Of a stretch of DNA of 64,000 bases, positions 55,553 through 64,000 are shown one piece after another; position 1 is the first letter of the stretch; each line of letters begins with the position of its first letter. The notes under the pieces are model-generated. The model saw only the letters and a program-made list of their open reading frames with translations. It was not told the DNA's origin and ran no database searches. The DNA is from the human T2T-CHM13v2.0 reference genome, Homo sapiens: NCBI RefSeq assembly GCF_009914755.1, contig NC_060928.1; one strand, written 5' to 3'. The translations under genes were made by a program, and so were the position numbers.

Positions 55553-56341
55553 GAGTGTTTTCATTAAGATGAATAATCCAAAATCATTTTGCATAAATCC
55601 ATCTTTTGAGAATAGACAATAGCTTAGCTTTTAATCATGCTTATATTAATATATGAGAAATATTAATATATGAGAAAACTGGCACTCAAAAGGAATTGAG
55701 AAGGCATAATTGACCCATCCCCTCATTTGGGTAAGGACAGTATAGAGTCCTCAGGTGGAATAATCTACTCTCTGTCTCTGTCCTCTTTTGGCAATGGGAT
55801 AAATAGCCTTGCTATCATTTGATTTTAAATTGATTCTCCTACTTAGCCACTGCTTTATCAATGCTTGGCTGAATGTAAAGCCAGAAGTGAGCAACTTCCT
55901 CAGGGTGCACTGCTTTTGATGGGTTAGCTGTCAAACGCTCCATTGTCCAAATTACACTGCTACTGTAGATTTCCTGCTAAGAAACAATTTACTGCAGCAT
56001 TGGGCTATCAGTCTTGTGGGCTGTGTTGGTTTTGGGGTATCAAAATCTGATTAACTTAACCGCAGATACACAGCAGTTCCTACTGTTGCTTTCCCCAAAT
56101 TTCCATTTACTGTATTGTTAGCAGGATATGATAACAGAGGCCCCATACAAGAAGCATCCCTAGAATAAACAGTAAGCAAAGCTGCCAAAGTTTAATCCAA
56201 TATCAAAACTAAAGATAAGCACAAAAATAACAAATACAAAAACAGAAGAAGAAAAAGTATATCACCAACATTTTCTCATAGTTTTCTTCTTCCAGCAAAG
56301 GACACATCAGTTATCTGAGAAATATAAATATGTGTGTGTTT

Positions 56342-56367
56342 ACACACACACACACACACACACACAC
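56342..56367. repeat. (AC)13 microsatellite
   Basis: acacacac run. Confidence 0.95.
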
Positions 56368-57269
56368 TTATTTATTGTTATACCTCTTTTCCAAACTAAT
56401 GAGCAGATCTCTTTTCCAAACTAATGAACAAGCACATTCAATTATATGTGCATGGGTTTTATTTATTGTTATTGTTAAACACATACGATATACTGGGAAG
56501 TTAAAAGCAAATCTCTTCTACTGATTTTATGTTTTCCCCTTTTATAAAACTAGTCCCATAATAGCCATTCTTGAGATTTCTGTTTTGGTATGTTAAGATT
56601 CAATTATCACCTTACTGATTCAATACAACAACTTAATGATGAATCTGCTTACCTTTTGCTAACTGCATGTATGTATAAATACCCAACAACAGCAAACCAG
56701 GGAGATTTCCATGATATGGAAAACACCAGGCTGTTTACTTTTTATTCAATATGAGAGAGTTGAGTACTAGATTGAATTTAATCATTGCATTCAAGACAAG
56801 ACCAAACATCAGTTTTAATATTGCATTTGTGATAAAATTGACATCCATATTTGCTAACTTAATTGAAGCATGACAATCAGCTTTAATATAAACTTCCCAG
56901 TTTTTAATAAATGGAGACATGGACATTCTCATTACATTAGCAAATAACTGCACATGTAACCTTTCCATCTTAATTTTTGATAAGACCAAATGGTTTCCTC
57001 TTCACATCAGGAAACTCAAACTTGTCTCTTTGGTTAAAAAATGGGAACTAGATTGTCTCAGAATGTTATTTTACTTCAATACTAAACACATTTGTAAATA
57101 GTATTAACTAATTTAACTCATAAAGAGCCATTAATTAGTAGTACAGTGTTCAAAAATGATTTACTCTAAGATAAAGTAATAACTAGGATGCTATGTTCCA
57201 AGCCCAAATATTTCATTATGTACAGATATAAGGGCCCAATGTGAAGCCCATCTGTACCTACTTTTTTAG

Positions 57270-58160
57270 TTTCATGAGAGAAATATTTATTGAATAACTA
57301 TTACGTGCTAGGTTCTGTACCTGGTCTTGGAAACAGAATGCTTATGGATAGCCTCTATCCTTAAAAAGCACACGGTGTCATGGAGAGAGAGGTTGAAAAT
57401 GATTACAAATACAGGAGTAATAGTATAAGTGTGAAGCAAAGGGAACAGATGGGCATGCAGGGGAAAAGTTTAGATGAGATCATGTTTTGCGGAACCTTGA
57501 AAGATGAGCAACTTAGGTGGGAGTGTGTGTCCAGGGCACTCTAAACACTCACCACGTTCCAGGAGGGGGCTGAGCAGAGCAGGTACGAAGAACGTCCAGG
57601 AGTGTGGTAAAGCTGGACCACAGTCAACACTGCATGAGTGTAGATAAAGGCTGGAGAGTGGGTAAGAACCTAATGGGTCAAATCAAGAAGCTTGAATGAC
57701 ATCCTGGCAGGAGGTCATTAAATAATTTTTCAGGGGGAAAATGACAAGTCCAGATTTCCATTTGAAAATGACTATGCTGTAGGATATGCGGAAGAGGGAT
57801 TGGAGGGATAGAAGACAGAAAGCGGGTGAGTAGGCAGGGGGATATTGCAAAGCTGGTGAGAGACCAGGAGAGCCTCTACCAAAATAGCATCTTCGGAGAA
57901 GAGGGAACAAAATTTAAGATTCTTAAAGGCTAAATTGAGATTAGACCTCTGATTGTATGTGGTTACTAGAGGGGAGGGACAAGTTAGGAATGAAGTGTCT
58001 CCTTGGAAGACTGGTGCTACTAACAAATTAGGTGGAGAATGTACAGATAGGACAGGGTTAAAAAGGAGAAGAGACAGGAGTGCTTCATGTTGTATTTGTG
58101 CCCGGGGGAGGTCTGGAGCTGATTTGGAAGTGGGAATGAGAAATCCTCCAGACTGAGGTG
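57270..58160 (-). mobile_element. L2
   Basis: aaatatttattgaataactattacgtgctaggttctg; agatttccatttgaaaatgactatgctg. Confidence 0.78.
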
Positions 58161-59039
58161 AAATGTTCTCAACCATTAGAACAATTATGGGCACCCTGTT
58201 CATATTATCCATTCACAGTGCTTTGTAGACTTGCAGTCAAAGAAAAAAAAACTTTTCATGCTCATAAAGACTTCATTTTATTTCAAACACGTTCTAAGAA
58301 CATAACTGTGCTGTTTATGATTTTGTTCCTATTGTGTCGATGTGCGGAAGTGCTCGTAACCTATAAAAATGGTAGATGACTACTTGCAGAAAGATGGATA
58401 AACCCGTACTGCTGTACTGCTCAATTTTGTTCTTGTAAAAAATTTGTGTTTTCATTCAAATTCATTTTTGTCATCACTAAATAAGTAACAACTAAAGCCA
58501 AATGATTTTCCATTTCATAGAACTATAGAAAGTAGAAGAGCAATTTTAATAGCACAGTGTATTATTCCAAGATTCTACAATTAAAAGCATCAAAAGTGTC
58601 CACTGCTATCAAGTAGATGGTTCTTCTGTTAGAGAGAGGAAATAAAAAAAAAGTGCTTATACACGGCCATGAGAGGACTTCTGTAAATCTAACCTATTCT
58701 TACAACAAAATTACTATGTTTACTGATGGCTATCCATACTTTATCTCTAGTGCTTGCCAGTGGTTGAAGGTCCAGTCCCATCATGATTCTTCCAGTAGAC
58801 AGACTACATGGAGGTTTGCTTGTAACCTGCAAACATCTTACACATGTTTAAGAAATATATTCCCCAGTCTTGTTTTTCTATTTAATATCTTTTTGAATTC
58901 TAATATATCCAGAATTCTTCTCTTTGGTGATATTTTAGTAATGACCTGAGAAAAATCAAGCTCTGTTATAGCATGAAAATTGTTACATAAAATGAAACCT
59001 AAAAGTTACTCTGTTTTATACGAAGTTAAAACACCAAAA

Positions 59040-59720
59040 AGCCTCAGTCCTCCCCAACCAGTATCTCCTGGCATTCGCTCTCCTCAAAGTGTCTGTTAAT
59101 GGTACCACTACTACTGCTGGTACCCATTTGGAAACTTGTCTTGACCCACTTCTGACCAGCCATTGTAACCTGCAGTCAGTGTTTCTCCCTGTAATTTTTC
59201 TAATGTTTCTCCCATCTCTTTGTTCCTTCTGTCCTAGCTCACCACTGTATTATTACAACCAATTTCTAACTGAGTTCTTTGACACAACTTTTTTTTTTCT
59301 TTTATTATTATACTTTAAGTTTTAGGGTACATGTGCACATTGTGCAGGTTAGTTACTTATGTATACATGTGCCATGCTGGTGCGCTGCACCCACTAACTT
59401 GTCATCTAGCATTAGGTATATCTCCCAATGCTATCCCTCCCCCATCCCCCTACCCCACAACAACTTTTGAGCCCAGATAATACTTTCTGCATGTATTATG
59501 GGCTGAGTATTCACTTCTCCACATTTTTTCAATCTTATCTCTTTCTTTACTGCAACACTGATCTTTTGATCTGCTCACATATTTCCTCCTTCTGAGCTCT
59601 CCACACAGTTGTAAAGTTAAGACATGAATGGCTTTGATCACACACCACTGTCTCTACCTGAAGCCTTCTGTTCCTCTCTATCCAATGCTTGTTTAATCCT
59701 TTGAGATGCAGATGATCTCT
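59040..59720 (+). mobile_element. L2 fragment, interrupted by an L1PA
   Basis: gtgtctgttaatggtaccact; tattacaaccaatttctaactg; ctgcaacactgatctttt. Confidence 0.55.
59293..59462 (-). mobile_element. Severely 5'-truncated L1PA2/3 (about 170 nt of 3'UTR)
   Basis: 3'UTR with GATGACAAGTTAGTGG (CpG-decayed GAG type) and GCATTGGGAG; TSD ACAACTTTT at 59284-59292 and 59460-59468. Confidence 0.93.
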
Positions 59721-59986
59721 CATTCTCTCTGATGGTCTCTAACCAGTTCCGACTTGCTAGTCTCCCTCAGGGGCAAAAATGTTGATAGCAGGAGACACCA
59801 TGGCCATATGTTCACCTTTGCCGGGAAGAACGAATGCTGGAGCTGTTCTCACTTCCCCCCAAAAAAAGCCCGAGTCTTGTGCTCCTCTTATGCTTAATTT
59901 AATGTGTGAAGCTGTGTTTTTTTTCTCCATGAAGATCTTTTTGTGGTCCTCAGTGGACATTCATATGGGTTATAATATAAGATTAG

Positions 59987-60510
<524 letters not shown>

Positions 60511-61719
60511 TGACTCCTTTTTGTTTGAATGCAGTATCTTTAAGAATAAATGGCCATACCTCAAAATTGAAGATCCTGACATTTCTAATTTTGAGTCACT
60601 TTCTGCCCTAGCTTCACTTTTAAAATGTAATAAGGGCTCTGAAATTCTATCCACATGGAGGGCTAACAACTCAATACTAAAGGTTTTTAAAATAATGCAT
60701 AATTCATCCTAAAACTCTGTGTTTCTATGACTGCTGTCCCATGAACTTTTGTAATCTGCCAGTGCAAAAAACAAAGTAAGATTTTTTTCTTTTTGCCTGT
60801 AATAATACATCTTAAACATCAGTTCAGTGTGGGTTTTCATGTTAGCTGGCATAGATACCCATCCTAAAATATTTTTACTTGTAATAACCTGATTATTTTA
60901 AGCTGTTCAGTGGAAACTGTCTAAATGATTGACTGCTCCCCAAAAGTATGGGAATGATTTCCAAGCTGTTTTCAAGGCAGTTAGGCAGATAAGTAAAACC
61001 CGTAAGAATTCTGTTCAAGAGATGGATGGTTCTACATTTGTTCCAGAGGGATATTTTTCATATTCAATGAGTAAGCACATTTGCTTTAACATTGAAAACT
61101 ACCTAGCAGAGATGAACTATTTTTATGGAAATACTATAAACATTAAACATGCCACATTAATAATAATAATACAGAAAAGGGCTCTGAGAAATAGGAGTCT
61201 AGGAACATGAAGGATGATGTAAATTAAAAAACAACCACCACCAACAATAATAGGACAGCAAAAAAGTACAGTAATTTACCAATCTGGCACTACATAAAAC
61301 TAGCAAATGTACTTCACAATGTTTATCTTTGCTATAATTTGCAGAACATAAAATAATACCTTGATTAAAAGTCTGATCTATTACTCATAGAATGGTTTTA
61401 GAGAATTTTTTTATAAGTTATTGTTTCACAATATAATCAAACTAGCCATCTTGGAACAGGTAAAGAAAAGCAAAAATCACATAGTGAAACTGATGAACAA
61501 TTCCTTTTGCTTCTTGATGTAAAGATTTTGCACCCTAATTAAAAACAACAACAAATAAACAAACTGGGGATGAGGCCACTGGTATGCCACTCTTTAGGGT
61601 TTATGCTCCTTGAATTAACTTCACAATGGTCACGTACAGTATTTGCTTTCCTTCTTCTTAACTCCTGGTGATGAGTTTCAAGTGTAATGATGCCTGTGGT
61701 TCCACTAGTCTTGTAGAGT

Positions 61720-61945
61720 AACAGTTCATATTCTGAGCACTTACTCTGTGACAGGTACAAAGTCAAGGACATATTATCATTTAATTCTCCAATAACTTCA
61801 TTGAGTAGGTCCTAATCTTATCTCCATTCTAGAATGAGGAAACTAAGGCTTGGAATGGTAAAGTAACTTCAGACAAATTCATATCATTTCTAAATGGTTC
61901 TGACTCCAGAATCATGCTTTTAATTTCTTTGCTATACTGTCTCTC
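61720..61945 (-). mobile_element. MIR
   Basis: tatctccattctagaatgaggaaactaaggcttggaatggtaaagtaactt. Confidence 0.8.
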
Positions 61946-62529
61946 TACATGGGCCTAAAGCCCTAATTTTTTTAAAAAGTAATGGCAACTAGTAAGCCTA
62001 TATATTATATATAAAAGTGTTTCCTAGAGTCTGCCAGTTAAGAATCCATTGTGCTATTTAACATTTTTTTCAAAAATTCTTTGCCAGGTACAGGAAATGC
62101 TGCAAAAAGCTGCCCTAAGCATATTCCATGGATTTCCCAGTTGGCAATTTGATAGGCCTGCTGTTATTCAAAAACACTTGTCTTTAACCATACTAGAGCA
62201 ATCAAGTGAAACAAAGCAGGTTAAACTGAAAGTATTTATAAAGCAGGGCACATGGTTATACAAACCCACAAAACATGCAAAGCTGTTGGAAAGAAAATCT
62301 GGTCAATTCCAGTACTAACAATCACAGTTAAGGCAATTTCCCAAGGTTTATCTTCCCATCAGTGCTTATAATGGATGTTTTACTATTCAATATTGAAAGG
62401 AAAATCTAAGTATTAATTACAGAAGGTATGTAGGTAATGTTTGCATTGCAAAATAAAGCACTAGTCAATAAAATAAAATAGATGGATAGATGAACTTTTT
62501 ATCTCTCTTCTACAGCAATAATCCTGGTG

Positions 62530-63060
62530 ACAGCACTGAATATCTAGAACGATTATTCTATCTGGTAGCCACTAGCTATATGTGGCTATCTAGCATTTGA
62601 AATGTGGCTGATATAACTTATTAACTGAATTTTTTATTTTAATTTATAATAATTGATTTAAAATTTAAATCAATGACTGATGCTTATTTCTGTTATTGGA
62701 ATAATTTTAAGTATCTTTGGAATAACTTGGGTATGTAAATTTACTTTTTTCAAATATAAATTTTATGAAATCAAATATAGATCATGTATTTCTGATGAAA
62801 ATTTAAAATCCACATTTGATGTGCTGTAAGTATAAAATAGACACTGAATTTCAGACAGTATTAAAAAAAGGAATGCAAAATCTATCATTAATAGTTTAAA
62901 AATATTAGTTACATGTTGAAATATTTTAGACATATTGAATTAAAATAATATTATTAAGATAATTTTAGCTGCTTCTTTTCGCTTTTTTAGTGTGAGTACA
63001 AGAAAACTTAAAATTAAGTATGTAGTGCCCATTATGGTTCTATTGGACAGCATTACGCTA
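62530..63060. mobile_element. Charlie5/MER33-type hAT element
   Basis: ggtagccactagctatatgtggctatctagcatttgaaatgtggct ... ctattggacagc. Confidence 0.78.
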
Positions 63061-63771
63061 GAAAGTATGACTGTAAATTCATTAATTGTCTTGAAAATAG
63101 TGTAATAGTATGCCCCAAAACTCACTGAAATGACATTATTTTTCGATCATAATCTCCATTCTAGTTGCTACAGTAAAAAGTATCATACTAATTCATTATG
63201 AAGGAGACTCAGTAAGTGCTAAATCACCTGAAATAAAAGGGAAAACTGGGAGACATGGGGTGTCTAACTCATTCCATGACTTCAGATAGGACTGGTAGGT
63301 TAAAGCCAGGATTTGTTAAGATGCTTAGCCTGAAACTAGCTAGACAACTTTTGCAAGGGATGTTTCCATTTATTCAAAGACAGGCACATTCCCCAGAAGT
63401 TCTAAACAGAGGAGGATGCAACTGAAGAAATCTCTACAGCATTTTCATTCTTGGCTTCCACATTTCCAAAAAAAAAAAAAGACACAACAATACACTTCTT
63501 AATGATCCCAATGGTGTTCTATTTTAGACTACATTCCAACAGTAAATATACAAAAATAAATAAACACACAAGCAAACAAATGAAATGTGTCCAGAGGTCT
63601 GAATTGAGGTCCAAGTCCTGCAATTGTCCCCACCTCCCTGGGCCTATTTCCTTATTTCCATAATGGAGTCAGAGAGGCTTGGGGTCTCTACAAACTTTTA
63701 GTTCTAAAGTTGGTGATTCTACACGAATTCTAAGAAGGTGACACTTACATAATGCTTTACATTTTCCATAG

Positions 63772-63970
<199 letters not shown>

Positions 63971-64000
63971 TGAGATGATTTGGCTGTGTCCCCACTCAAA
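63971..64000 (+). mobile_element. Start of a THE1/MST MaLR LTR, running off the window
   Basis: TGAGATGATTTGGCTGTGTCCCCACTCAAA versus consensus TGATATGGTTTGGCTGTGTCCCCACCCAAA. Confidence 0.8.

Noticed and set aside
57772-58212. 146-aa ORF on the UNC5C strand
   Set aside because: Lies in a decayed L2; no domain similarity or convincing splice sites.

Overview
Primate, most likely human, genomic DNA; not microbial. The only host protein-coding sequence is one 222-nt exon on the minus strand (8465-8686) that I recognise as exon 2 of the netrin receptor UNC5C (start of the first Ig domain). Everything else is intron: intron 2 below 8465 and part of the long intron 1 above 8686. The introns are filled with transposon fossils: a young ACG-type L1 with a 5' inversion nested in an ERV1 LTR nested in an AluJ, a 5'-truncated L1PA4-like element, a near full-length decayed L1MA, about 17 Alus, plus MIR, L2, MaLR/MLT2 LTRs and hAT MER elements. 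Nearly all ORFs in the supplied track are L1/Alu remnants or chance frames. I found no evidence of a new multi-gene system. The most unusual signals are mutational. (1) Two L1s of different age in inverted orientation share two non-consensus variants inside 148-bp and 50-bp identical tracts, suggesting ectopic gene conversion. (2) The young L1 has a twin-priming inversion with a deletion of about 1.7 kb. (3) There is a multi-step template-switch scar with a 44-bp-arm palindrome at 21.6-21.9 kb. (4) There are several other templated insertions and fold-backs. Repeat subfamily names come from recalled consensus sequences, and boundaries of old repeats are approximate.
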